From: Lama glama
Lineage: Eukaryota
Direction: 5' to 3'
Length of the DNA stretch: 64,000 bases
Assembly: GCA_028534125.1 (NCBI GenBank)
Contig: CM052816.1
Coordinates: 87,918,001-87,982,000, forward strand
The notes beneath the pieces were generated by a model. The model saw nothing but the letters and a program-made list of their open reading frames with translations. It was not told where the DNA came from and did not search any database. This document shows positions 39,179-52,135 of this stretch, piece by piece (position 1 is the first letter of the stretch; each line of letters begins with the position of its first letter). A program made the position numbers and the translations under genes.

Positions 39179-40794
39179 CCACTGGGTTGGCATTATGGAA
39201 AGACAACATGGAGTTGGAATTGTCCATCTGCTTGCTTCTCTCTCCTTGGGACAGCCCTATCCCCTTAAAATGGAAGCATATACTATTTTCCCAAAAGTAC
39301 AATAGTGGTCGTGTCGCACTAGCAAAACCTTATATCGTAACTATCTGTCTTCAAAAGTTGAAACTATCAGATCAGATACTGTGCAAACTGGAAACATTAT
39401 TTTTCACGTGGCTAAAATCGACACTAAAATCTTAGTGACTCAATATATTGACTTTTAACCATTTTTCAGTTACTCTCCTTTAAAAGCTGTTTTTCCTTTA
39501 TTTACTTATTTATTCTTTAACTGAATCATAGTCTCTCTGCATATTTAATCTTTACTCTTGGAATTGCTTCTGAGGGGAAAATTACTTTTAAAATAATTTC
39601 TCTAGAATTAGAAAAATGAAGACCTGCAGGCCTAACAAGCTCTTAATTTGGGAATTACTGCTTGGAGACCGAAATTATTCACAGTGGAAAAATTGTACTA
39701 ATCAAAGAGCTAACCCTTTTTTTTGGGTTAATCTTTGGAGAAAAGATTTTATCCTGATACTAAAACTGTTTAGATTTGTATCTAATACTCATGGAATGAT
39801 TTCTCAACTTTATACCTTTTTGTAAAATAATTCCTGTCACAAACCTATGATGATCTAAGCCATTATCTCACAAAGTGAGTTTCTTGACCTAATAATGTCC
39901 CTTAATTATTGCTTATTTTCCCCTTTTTGGTAGTCCCAGATTCTTATATTTATTTTAATTCCTTTCATGGGTTTTGAGACAGTGTTCGTGTACTTCATGA
40001 ACATGATTTGGGTGTCTGGCTGCATATATTTGCAATGTCAAACTGCCATGTAAAGTCATTGGGAAAGTCATTTAACCTCTCTGTGCCTTGGTTTGCACAC
40101 AAGTTAACTGGGTGTATTATAAATTTATACAGCGGGAATAAGTGCTAAGTGGATTAATTCATAGAAGCTTCTGAAATATGTTTATGCAAGATGTTAAAAT
40201 CTCATTTCTTTACTGAATGAATCTTAGTTTTATCTCTGAGCTAAAGCTGGGACCACCCTGGTATGGTTGTGCAGTATGTGCACTGCACAATGGCATATTA
40301 TGGAGGGAACCTTCAAAGGTAAAATTCCTTCTCTACTCCCATCACCAAGACACATGCTCTTTAGATTGAGCATACTCAGAGCTGGTCAGTTTTTTCGATT
40401 TGTCTACCCAGAGGGGACACTTTTTCTCCCCCCTACTGGAAAGGCACACGCTACTGGAAAATCTGATGAAGCACAGCTCTCTCTGCCCTAATTATGTCTG
40501 GTACATTTTTAGCTATTAATTTAGTAACAAAAAAGACTAATTCAGTTTCTCTTGGCCACTTCAGCTCTAGAAGAAATTTTATTTATTTATTTTTAATTAA
40601 AAAAATCTATACCCATCTCTGAAAACTAAGCATAGTTATATATAAATTCTTATGTATGTGAATTATATTTTCTATACCTACCCACAGTTTTTGAGTACTG
40701 AATGCACAGTACAGTAGGCTGAACAACCACAATGACAATATATTAGATACTTAACTTTGAAGGACTCGTGTATTCTCAGAAGGTAAGGATGTAC

Positions 40795-40822
40795 GTGTGT
40801 GTGTGTGTGTGCGTGTGTGTGT
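40795..40822. repeat. (TG)n microsatellite
   Basis: Seen directly. Confidence 0.95.
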
Positions 40823-41419
40823 ATAAAATAGTAAAGCAGATGAAGTTTTAAATATATAGTAAATATTATCTAACTTTGTGAATAATCAATGATGATTGTC
40901 AAGTTAAAGAGCAAGAGTAAGCAGACAGGCCAAGTATATCACAAAAAAATGGCAAAAGCAGAAACAAAAATTTTTACAAACAGAAAATATTCATACCTCA
41001 GTGGATACAGATGCAAGCATAAAGAGATAAACATATATCAAAGATTTTAAGTCCAGAGTCATTGAAACCATATACCAATGTATAGCATGCATGTGTGTGT
41101 TTGTGTGTTTAAATAAAAGATTTATTGAATAAATCAATTTATAAATGGACTATTTAAAAATGAGTCAAGAAGTTTCTGTTCACTTAGTACTTACCTGACA
41201 GCTATTGAATTTGGAATCATCAAGTCAGGTGTGTAGTAGGTAAAGAGTCCCTCCTGAAACTCAAGTGAGAGAGTTTTCTAGAGTTCAATAAGACAGAACA
41301 AACAGTAGGACTAAGTCAGGGAAAGCATTGCTTTATTTTGAGTTAGTTGAGTGATTGTACAATATAAAATATTTTCTTCCAATTCTTGCTAAGGATGGCT
41401 TGAAATTGAGTCCTTTTTT

Positions 41420-41545
41420 GGTGCTATGGCGGTAGTCATTTTGAAATTTATAAATATATCAAATCAATACACTTTACATCTTAAACTGCCACAATGCTAC
41501 ATGTCAATTAAGCTCAATAAAGCTGGAAAATACTAAAATAAATAA
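41420..41545 (+). mobile_element. Old L1 (L1MA/MB-type) extreme 3' end
   Basis: gtagtcattttgaaatttataaatatatcaaatcaatacactttacatcttaaactgccacaatgctacatgtcaattaagctcaataaagctggaaaa. Confidence 0.8.
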
Positions 41546-43290
41546 AAATGAACTAAAATCCATGATAATTTCAGTGAAGGAATACGGACAGTGGCCACGT
41601 AATCCACAGCTCAGAGGAGCATGAGCATTAGGTGACACAATGTTAAATAAAGAACTTAGAATGATGTCTAAAATACAGCAAGGGCTTAATAAACGGTAAC
41701 TTTTAGTTATGGAAGTCATAGTAGTGACAGATGCATGAGGCTCAAAGGTGTAGGCAGTTGACATAAGGAAATCCAAACAAGCATCATACTTTCAGTCACT
41801 GGAGAAGCCTTTAAATATTTGGAAGAACTTGTATGTGGTGATGAATAAAACAGGCACTGTTTAGGAACAAAGTCTCAAAGGAGCAGGTATATCAGTTAGG
41901 AAATCAGAGAGCAGAGAAAAATGTCATGGTTTGTGTGCTTGAGAGTAGACATCAAGGGTATGAGACTGTCAGGATGGAAAGGCACACATGATGTATCTCT
42001 AAGATTGAACTGTGGGTGTCCCGAAGACTGCCAGACAGGAACAGTGCAGGATGCTGGCTAAAGAGAAAAGGTGTTCATTATTAAGAACCAATGTTTGTTC
42101 CCAGCGATTACTACTCGCTTCTTTCTTGATAGGGCAAACCCTGGCGATGGCAGTTCCCTTTTGTGCTTGATAGGGCCAATGTCACTTCATTCATAACTGA
42201 CCTTGAATTTCGACATTGAGTGGAGGACAGGGAAAGAGAAGACAAACTTCATCAGAAAGGAACCAGAAAGTGTTGTAAACTGGGTGAAGAGTTGGAGACA
42301 GACACCTAGTCAGCTCCGTGAGGTGAAAGGAAAATGACAATTGTTCATCAACTGGCATTGGCTCACTAAGAAAATGGCCCTGGAATTTAATTTGGCTGAA
42401 AGATCTTTTATGGACTCAAAATAGGATACAGAATGGGAATAACAAACAAATAAATAGTGAGTATAAGAATAGAGTATTACTGAACTTTTACAACAGACGA
42501 ATTTCTGAGAAGCCAAGACTGGATGCATAAAGTTAAGCTTCCACCAGAACACATTTAAAGAAAAAATATCATAAAGATCTATCTATAGATACACATTTAT
42601 TATACATGTCCATTTGCAGTAAACATCATTTCTGGACCTCCCTGACAGTTACGGATAATATAGCCCTATTTCACGTGGTCTTGGCTTGTTTATGTGAACG
42701 TGTAAATAGAAAATTCACAACTTTCCAGGAGGCTGTTACTTTCACATGATACAAAGTAAAGGTGATATAACTGTTCAGGAAAGAAACCATCCAGCATTAC
42801 TTTGTTATAAGATCAAGACCGCCTGCTTTCCAGATTTGTATATGTAATTATTTTTCTTCATATGTATTAGAAATATTAAAACTAAGCATTAATTTGGGCA
42901 CATTTTCAATGTTTTAAATTTTAGTTGAATAAAAACATATCTCCCTCTTAACTACAGATGACCTAATTCCTAGTTATTAATATACAATGCTCTACTCCCT
43001 TAATTTGGAAGTTAACAGCCTATAATTATTAGAAAATAGTATAAAATAATGGAATAGGGGGCCACAAAATAAAGTTATAAATGCAGTTTTTGTTACCAAA
43101 TTATTGTTTTTCCTTATTTTAATTATACAAAATATTTATTTTATGTTAAACATTTTAAGTCTTTTATTCAACTTGTTGCTAAATTGTATGAAAAGTTGAA
43201 AAGATAATCCTGATTGATATAAGGGAAACTATTAACTATTAAAATACCCATAATGAGAATGTTTTCATGGCTCTCTCTAGCAGATTAACA

Positions 43291-43567
43291 TTTTTTAAAT
43301 TGAAATATAGTTGACTTAAAATACTGTGTTCATTTCAGGTGTACAGCATAGTGCTTTATTCTTTTTGAAGATTATATTCTGTTAAAAGTTATTACAAGAT
43401 AATGGGTATAATTTCCTGAGCTATATAGTATATCCTTGTTGCTCATCTATTTTATAAATAGTAGCTTGTATCTCTTAATCTCATATCCATAATTTGTTCT
43501 TCTTCCCTCTTCTCTTTGATAATCACAAGTTTGCTTTCTACATTTATTAATGCATGTATTTATAAAT

Positions 43568-43601
<34 letters not shown>

Positions 43602-43640
43602 CACATCTACTTAAGCCAGTCTTCTATTGATAGGCATTTG
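43291..43640 (-). mobile_element. LINE-1 3' UTR fragment with an internal deletion and a (CA)n expansion
   Basis: ttttttaaattgaaatatagttgacttaaaatactgtgttcatttcaggtgtacagcatagtg...aatcacaagtttgctttcta...(CA)n...ccacatctacttaagccagtcttctattgataggcatttg. Confidence 0.88.
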
Positions 43641-45019
43641 TCAGGGTGGAAAGGCAAACATGATATATCTCTAAGGCTGAAATATTTAAATGGTATGAGG
43701 GTTTTTGTTTGTTTGTTTCTGGTGTGTGTGTATGATGGAAAGAGATAGGCAATTTCTATGTATCAGTTACAGGGCCCTGAACTGGAATATATTCAGATTG
43801 AATTTCTGAGCTGCATAGTGCTTCAGAACTTTGTATACTCTCAATTTTAACTCTTAGATCTTCTCTTTTTCTACTCATCTGTGAGTATAATTCATTCCTT
43901 CATCAATGTATTGCTTCAGTCTATCAAAAAATGTTTAATTCATACCTGCTGTATCCCTACTGTGTGACTGCCTTGAAACTGTGTTGACTCAATGAACGCT
44001 TTCTGCTACAGTTCATACAACTTTAAAAATGAAATGGTATAAAATAAAACGTAATAAAATGTTGTGAGGTTGCTGTATCAGACAATTGCATGTCCCTGAT
44101 GTCAGATATATTTAATTCAATTGAAATAACATTCACAGGCATTTATTTACCTATGTTTACCATAAACCTTACCTGATCCTTGTTTCTGAATCTGTGTATT
44201 TAACTATGTAAATTTGATTTGGGCTGATATGAGTCGTGTCTGGAATACACATGCATATCTGATGCAGGGACTGATGTCACGAAGCATTTGACAGACTGCC
44301 ACTTTTACCTTATAACAAGTTTGGGAGTTGGGGAGAATTTTTTTACATAATTTTAATTAATTAACCTAAACAGAGCATTACAACTGGTTAAAATTGGATA
44401 TATGGCAGATGCCTCTTTATAACAAATAAAACACAGTGCAATCTTCAATTTCAATTTTCCATTTCACCTTTAGTGCAAAAGTCTTCATTAAATTTTTGAC
44501 CATGAGACATTGACCATGATGACAAAATTATTTGAAAGAGTTTATATCTGTGTCTTCATCGCACTTGTTTATAAAATTGTTAACCAATGCTGTAGCCGTT
44601 AGTAATACAATAGTTAAAATGGTATATACTGGCAGTAATGTAAATCAAAGATCACTTTGACATCCTAGTTGGATGAGATTAACATTAACCGAAATGTACT
44701 TATTTTCTGGAAATGTTTTGAAGTTTAACTAATACATAGGATTTTCAAGATTTACTGCTTTTTAGATATTAGAAACTAGTTATATGTCTGAACCACTTAT
44801 TGGATGGAGAAAAAAAAGAACATTTTATGGCTCCAGAGAAAATAATTTCCTAATTTTACCCTGAGTAGCATGGATAAAAGGACTAACCTTTCATAGATCA
44901 CAATCATAGATTTATGTATAAATAGAAGTGACCTGAGAACACTCTAGTGAAATTATATAGATGTTAAAGTGTAGCCTAATGGACAATCAATAAGACAATA
45001 AATATTCTGAGATCCTACA

Positions 45020-46380
45020 ATGTACCAGTTGACTGTCCTCTCTTTGACGAAGGTCTTTCTTTTCCCCAATGCTACTACTCAGCAACTCCTTCTCAGAGTC
45101 CTATGTGGGTCCGCCTTCCTCTACTCATCAGGGACTTTCTCTTCTTCTACTGTATAGTGTATCCTGGATAATCTCATTTCTCTCATTGCTTTAGTTACAT
45201 CTATACTTTGAGTCCTGAAATGATATATCCTGCTCGCATTCAACCTGAAAATGCCAGACCTATCGACCTGTCATCTCCACTTGCACATTTCAAGACACAT
45301 CAAGTTCTGCATGTCCAAAATTCAAGTCTTATACTTTTACCCAGTTTCACTCCCCCAATGTTCTCTGCTTCAGTTCAGGGTAACTACCATCCCCTTGGTT
45401 TCTTGTTCCAAAAACCTGGAAGTAACTTTTAAGTGACAGATTCTGGAGCCAGACCACCAGACTTTGAATACCAGCTCTATGAAATGGCTGTATGATTTTG
45501 GGAGATTTATTTCATATTCTATGCTTCACTCATCTATGATATTAGAGTAATAACAGTGCCACTTTTTATGGTTACTGTGAGGATTAAATGAACTGATAAA
45601 TATGAAACACTTAAAATAATGACTGGTAACAAGTGCTATCTGAGTGTTAGCTATTGTTTTTATTATTATTTGTATCTTTACCTTCCTTGACCCAGACCTT
45701 TCACATTCAATCCATCACTAAGTTCTCCCATTTCTAACTTCAAAATATTTTTCAGTTTTATTTCCTTTGTTTCCACAATGTTGTCCACATCCACCAACAT
45801 CTATCGTCTAGTTGTAGTTCTACTCATTTCATTGACCTGCTTATTCTGCTTAATGGCTTCCTTGTAGTCTTAGGGGAAAAGATCAAAATATTTAACTATA
45901 TGAAAGCGTTGCTGACCAGCCTGGCATTAGTCTACCTTTCATCCTTAATATGTGTCCACCCTCTACTAAACCCTTTATTCCACACACCTTCCAGTTCCAC
46001 TAAGGAGCTAAGGACCCTCTCCTCTCCTGATAAAGTCCTACTTGCTCTTTAAGTCTCAGCCTAAATGTGACTTCTTCCAGGGCATCTCCCTTAACACCCA
46101 CCTCTCCTAGAAGACTAACTTGTTCCCTATACCCACTAGGATACTATACATGTGATGTTTATAAGATATATAGATCTGCATAGTTACATAAATCTATAGA
46201 TGTTACCACCATTCTAATTAAGTGATTATCGAGGTAACTTTTATTCATATCTATCTAAAAGGTAAGGTCTGTGAGAAAGAGAGATCCATGCCATTAAAAT
46301 ATACCACTTTATCTTTAGCAGCCAACACATTGCTTCACCATAGTAAATGTTCGATAAACATCCCTTCAACTAAGAAATAA
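45020..46380 (+). mobile_element. L2 LINE fragment with a nested MIR
   Basis: cctatcgacctgtcatctccacttgcacatttcaagacacatcaagttctgcatgtccaaaa...ctttaagtctcagcctaaatgtgacttcttccagggc...catagtaaatgttcgataaacat. Confidence 0.8.
45430..45670 (+). mobile_element. MIR SINE nested in L2
   Basis: gattctggagccagacc...tttgaataccagctcta...ggttactgtgaggattaaatgaactgataaatatgaaacacttaaaataatgactgg...gttagctattg. Confidence 0.88.
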
Positions 46381-46700
46381 ATGTCTGGCATTACGCCCTG
46401 CACTCATGGAGATTACCGTTTAGCAGGGGATGAGAGATTCAGCCAAGACAGCATGAAAAATGTTTTGAAGGAGATGTACAGAGTGTCATGGTGTGCACTA
46501 GAGGGACAGTCCTTCATTTCACCTGAATGGATAGAGAAGGTTTCCAGAAGGAAACTTGGCTTCAAGCTGAGATTAAAGTCAGTAAGAGTTGCTGGATGAA
46601 GGCACTGGAGTGTTGGTTGGGCAGGCAGAGGGAACAGCATCAGGAAACTCTCTGAAGCAGAACGATATATAGTCTGTTTAGGACAGGGATGCACGTGACC
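46381..46700 (-). mobile_element. L2 LINE fragment
   Basis: ccctgcactcatggagattaccgtttagcagggg...gaaggtttccagaagg...gggcaggcagagggaacagcat. Confidence 0.65.
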
Positions 46701-47799
46701 AGTTCATGGGATGATGGAAGTTTGCATGGTGTCCCATATGATCTAAGGCTGAAGGCTTTCCCAAAACATTCTGCTCTAACTTAAGACTTTTGAGAGCTTT
46801 GACTCCTCTGAGATGAGCAGGAGAATTTAGTTCACATAATGGCATGTTGGGGACTCAAGGTCTGACTCAATTTTAATAAAAACAATAAGAATAATAAACA
46901 TATTGATTTTTGCTGTAAATTTATAGAACAAATTTCTTAGCTTACGTACACACACACGTGCACAGCAAATACACATAGACACACGCACACACATAGACAG
47001 GGAAAGGTCTGGAAAAATACATACCAAAATATAAGACTGGGCTTTTTGAAAAGGCAGCTACAGCTTTTTACTTTATTCAGTTTTCTTTCATTTGAAATGA
47101 TCTAGCCGGCATACCCTTTGGCATTACTTTTGTGATCAAAACTTTTAAAATACAAATAAATATTGAGCCAAAATATGTATTTGATTTAATATATACCATT
47201 TGGCAAGTACGCTAGAGTATGAAAAATGTATCTTTAGCTGAGAAATCATCACACTTACGTTTATCTTGGATAAAGGTGATATGGGACAAGAGTGTGATTC
47301 TAGAATTAAGAGCTAATATTTGTATAATTTTAATCACTACTATTTAAGACTTGATTTTCTCTGCTGCTGCCTGTGTAGGGTTTCTCTGCTTCCACTCATC
47401 TCAGTTAGCCATGCAAAGGGGTGGAAGTTCCAGGGATTTGTTTGGCAACACATTTCTGGAGGGCCATTTGGTACAGCTGCTCTTCATTTGTTTCATCAAG
47501 AGACTGAGCAAAACTAAAGTAGTCCTTCATGATGAACTGGCAGGAAAGTGCCAAGATAGTTTTATTGCTTAGCAACTTGGCAGTAGGAAATGTTAAAATA
47601 TTACAATCTCTCATATCTATGAACTGAGACAGCCTTTCGACGGATGGCTCTCAAGCTCAGACATGATTAAGATGCAGCCACATGGCCTTGGCTTATATTT
47701 CGAGCTGGTAGGAGGAAGATAAAGAAATTGGATACTTTAAAATATATTAAGAGTAATTTCTCAGGAAAACTTTTGCTGGTTTGAGCCAAATGCTAATCT

Positions 47800-48170
47800 A
47801 AGGAATTAAGCTGTCTCCATTTGGATGTTGATAAGCACCGCAGTCCCCACTGATCAGTGGGATTTCCTTTGCATTTGGGAAGACGGGCTGCATCTATTGA
47901 GAAATTGTGTGCCAGGTAAAATCTCGAGATAAACGACTTCATGGTGACAGTTTACCATACATTTTCAGAATTTAAAGAGTTGTTGTGGTTTGCTTTCTTT
48001 TCCTGCAAATTATGGAATGGATGAAAGTGACAGAGTGATGACACCAGGTAAACGGAAGCATAATGTAGTCAGTGATGGCAGATGCCTTGTTACACAGTTC
48101 TGCCAACGTGCATGCGTCCTGCAAACCTCCCACAATTTAAACACACAGGCTCTCCTTAACTAACGATGCT
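47800..48170. promoter_or_regulatory. Candidate conserved non-coding element
   Basis: Repeat-free, several retained CpGs, two TGACAG (MEIS/TALE) sites, GGGATTTCC and a 16-bp palindrome. Conservation is inferred, not measured. Confidence 0.3.
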
Positions 48171-51009
48171 AATTTTGCCCTTTGAGGAGTGGCTTTCTGC
48201 CATGGATACTCACCTACAAAGGAGTATATATTAACTGGTAAATAAAGGACTTTTGTTATTAATATGAAGACTACTTTGATGCCTATGTAAATCATAAGAA
48301 TTGAATTAATAAATCCCAGTGTTGTTAACCTTCCAGAATTAGTATTACTGTTTTTAATAGAGAAAAGTAATATTTGGGGAAATACTAAATGATTTCAAAT
48401 TTTACCTAAACTTCAAGTTATTAGAAGAAACATTTTGAAGAAGATCTGGTTACCTAAATATTTTATCTATTGGATTTCAAGATATGATTGACATTATGGA
48501 CGAACAGTATTTGTTAATTGATAGGATTTCAATTGATATCTAGCCTTTCCATATAATTAGATCTATCCTACTTATTTACAAGTTAATAGCTGAAAATAAA
48601 AAGATGGGATTTATCACATCAAAAATTGGACAGTGAAACAAAATATTAAAATATAGCTTTTGTTTGCATAATGTTAAAATTAAGATCTTGCAGAAATGGC
48701 TTAAAATCTGTTTGATTTTCCTGATATTCAAACATGTTTGATGTGTTAAAGTTAAACTTAATTTCATTTCCATTAAGCTTCCACTGAGTTCAAAGACAAT
48801 AAAGTAAAGGACTTTTTGCTAAATACCAAAAGAACACAATTATTTTCATTTTGTTTTGATTTTCCCAAGTTTAATTTCTTTAAAACATTAATATAGCCAC
48901 TTTAGGAGCAAATTTTAAGAAGGAAGGGCAACTAAAGTTCTCACTAATAAAAAAAAATCCACTTATTAGTTCAGAATTGGTTTGTAAGTTTGTTTTCAAT
49001 CTTCCTGTATTTTGTATTATAAAATTAAAGATAATAAAGCTTTCATAGTTCTCTTCATATTTTCAGAATGTTCACATTGCAGATGAAGTACAGAAGGCAT
49101 TTTATAAGTGAGCAATCTTTAGAACTTAAATCTTTACAATTCCTGAGCCAAGCTAAAACACTGAATTATTTTGTTTAAATTGTGCATGGAAACAATAAAA
49201 GACCGCAAATGCTATTTTCAGTTTTAGAGGACAGGGAAGGTTAAGTTGAATTTAAATAACAAATAAAAGTTGCCACAAAGGGAGCAAGCTTTTAAAATGT
49301 GAACTATGTCTAGTTCTACCATCAGATCTTGCTGCTACCTTATGAATATTCTTTTCACCAAGTCATGTTCATATGTTTTTTTTTTTGTTTAAATGTGTAA
49401 CTTAAGCTATAACTCAACTACCATGTTTATTTTATTCTTTGTTTAAACAAAGTGCTGGTATTTTTCAAAATTACCATTTTATGGAATGCACAGTAGTGCA
49501 TAAAGAGAAATAAAAAAGGTTATTCAGAGAAATTGCTAATGCACCTCAAGCCTCACCTTGATGAGAATTCATTGCCTGTCCATCGGGCCCAGTTTTGTTT
49601 AAGCAATTGTCAGACTGCCTTATTTATAGCACCCATGTGCCTGTTTTTGGCAATAGGTTCTCAGTAAATTGCAGAAATAAAATAACAGCACAAGAATAGA
49701 CCTTACTTTAAAAATAGATGCTATGCCAATTACAGTGGGAGAAGAGTTAGGTGAAGATTTAAATTGTACCAATTACTTCTGGCAAATTGATGGAACAGAT
49801 TGAGAGGAATGCACATCCATGAATGCATGTGGTTATTTTCCACAATTGAAATCACAAATGTTAAGGGAACTTATAATAAAGGGTAACAGTCATTGAATCT
49901 AATCATTACTAATCACTGAGAAATACACAGTAATATATTTAGTAAATGTCCTAAAGTGGCACCCAAACTCCAGAGTTGGGAGAGAGACAGACAGACAGAA
50001 AGAATATAAATGAATATCAGTTCAAAGAGACTCAAAAACCTATATAAAGATTCAGGATGCTGTCAATTATATCAACAATTTACTTCCTGGTCTAATATAA
50101 CTTGCATACATGGTTACATACACTGGACCATATAGAACTTATTACAACTTCAATGCAAATTAATGCACAAAAAATAAAAACACAGCCTATAATTTATACA
50201 ATGTGTGTTTGCTGTTAAGACTGCTTCTTAGAAAAGTTATAAAGCAAGTTGTGAGTTGTAGGGGGATCTTAGAAGTAACAGGTGTGCTTCTCATACTAGA
50301 AATTCTGGTTAAAGAGACTTTCATATAGTGAAATTCACAATCGAGCCTAAAAATGCTTAGATTTTAAAATGGTTCTGTAATTTGCCATTTTTTTTTCTTT
50401 AGTGGGGTTTCAGCTCATATTTGGTTATTTGCCGCTGATCATTCCTTGTTCTCTTGGATACAATTCCAGAATCATTTCTTTTTGCCTAGATGAGATTTTA
50501 TCACCTCCATCACCATAGCAGATTTTCTCCAGGTTCTGTTTATCTTTTCAACAATTCTATCACCAAAGTATTTTTTTTCTCTCCAACTTCATAGATACAT
50601 TACCCAGATGCCTGAGATTTAAAACTCTAAATAACTGATTAGTATGGTACCACGACGGCAGAAACAATTTTCTGTTAATATGAGAAAAGCAGAAGTTATA
50701 TCATCAATGAGACTATTAGCTCTTTATATAGTGTTATTATGTATATACATTTGAAGGGTGAAGCAAGCAGGTGCACAAACAGACATACATAAGTCCTTCT
50801 TTATCATTGTATTTTGGTTCCAAATATAGAAAGGGCATTTAGGGGCTATAATTATTGTCGGATGATATGATTAGTCTTTGATGAGCTCTGATCCATTCTA
50901 GAAAGAGCCGTTTCATAGGAAGACACCACGCAGCCAGCCACTCCTCTGCTCTCCTGGTTTGCAAGAGCTTCTTCTGAGTAAAACTGGGAATTGTGCTTTC
51001 CCCAGCAAA

Positions 51010-51385
51010 TCTGATCCTTTAAGGTGACCACTCCACCTGGAATGCTCTTCTTTCTCCAAGTGTCCATATTGCCAACAACCTCACTTCCCAAATGAGGTTG
51101 CTCATATCTTATCTCCTGGTTAAGCCTGCATCCCCCTCCTCTCCTACCTCCACACCTGCCCACGTAGTCCCTTTTCACCTGCCTTGCTCTCCCTAGTTTT
51201 CCATTATTCATCCCTTTCAAATACACCATTTAAAGTACTATGTATTATGTATACAGCTTTTTGCTATCTCCTTCAGTGGAAGATATTTTTCTATTTAGTT
51301 CATCCTTGCATTCCAAAGTGCTTAGGAAAAAAGAGCTGGACCACATAATAGCTACAAGTTAATATTTCTTGAATGAATGAGTGAA
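51010..51385 (+). mobile_element. L2a LINE 3' end
   Basis: ctccacctggaatgctcttctttctcc...tttagttcatccttgcattccaaagtgcttagg...aatatttcttgaatgaatgagtgaa. Confidence 0.8.
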
Positions 51386-51779
51386 AAATATCAAAACTGA
51401 TGAGCATTTTGTGAATCTCTCACTAGATGGGAGAGAAAATTCCTTCAGATGCTTAGATCTTTAACTGGATTTGTGTATTAACCTTGAAATACACTTTCAT
51501 CTTATGTAGTCTGTTATTAAAATGTTAACAAAAATACACTTTAAAAATTGACTTATTCATTTTTACTCCTCAGTACCAGGTTATTTAAAAAACAAAACCA
51601 GAAAGCACTTTAGGGTGTTTTTGATGCTTTGTCTTGGTTTGGGTTGATTTTAATGTATTTTTTCCCTGTGTGTTCAGCCCTTTTACTGTGAACAACTGGT
51701 CTCAGTTAAACAATCTCACAGCTCCCACTTAGAGTTGCAGGGTTACCCTCTCATTCTTTGTAAAAATGAAAGCTCAGTT

Positions 51780-52135
51780 AAAGACCCAACTTCCTTTTAT
51801 AGCGCAATTTGTTTGCTCTTAGCCTGGATCGCTCTCTTTGCCGTTTGATTTCCTCGACTGAGCAATTTATGACAGATTTTTAAGGCCTACTGTCCGTTAC
51901 AAATAGCAGGCTTTAAAAACTCCATCATCATCATGAGCTTAATGAGAAAATGGCTGAAAGCTCAGCAGCTTGGTGGGGGAAGTGTGTCGGGGTTTGACTC
52001 CCTGACAGCCAGCTTGCTGTTGCTGTAATTAATAATGAAATGTTACATCTCGTGCTTTTTATGTGGAGACAGGGAAAGTTACAGGGATTACGGCGAGAAA
52101 TAAATTTACATCGTAGATTTATAAAGCATCCATAG
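51780..52135. promoter_or_regulatory. Candidate conserved developmental enhancer
   Basis: Unique sequence with about 10 CpGs in ~315 bp and dense HOX/MEIS/homeobox motifs. Confidence 0.45.

Noticed and set aside
48214..48234. 21-nt minus-strand microexon candidate (ag|...|gtgagt)
   Set aside because: In-frame TAG in phase 0 and no independent support; such pairs arise by chance.
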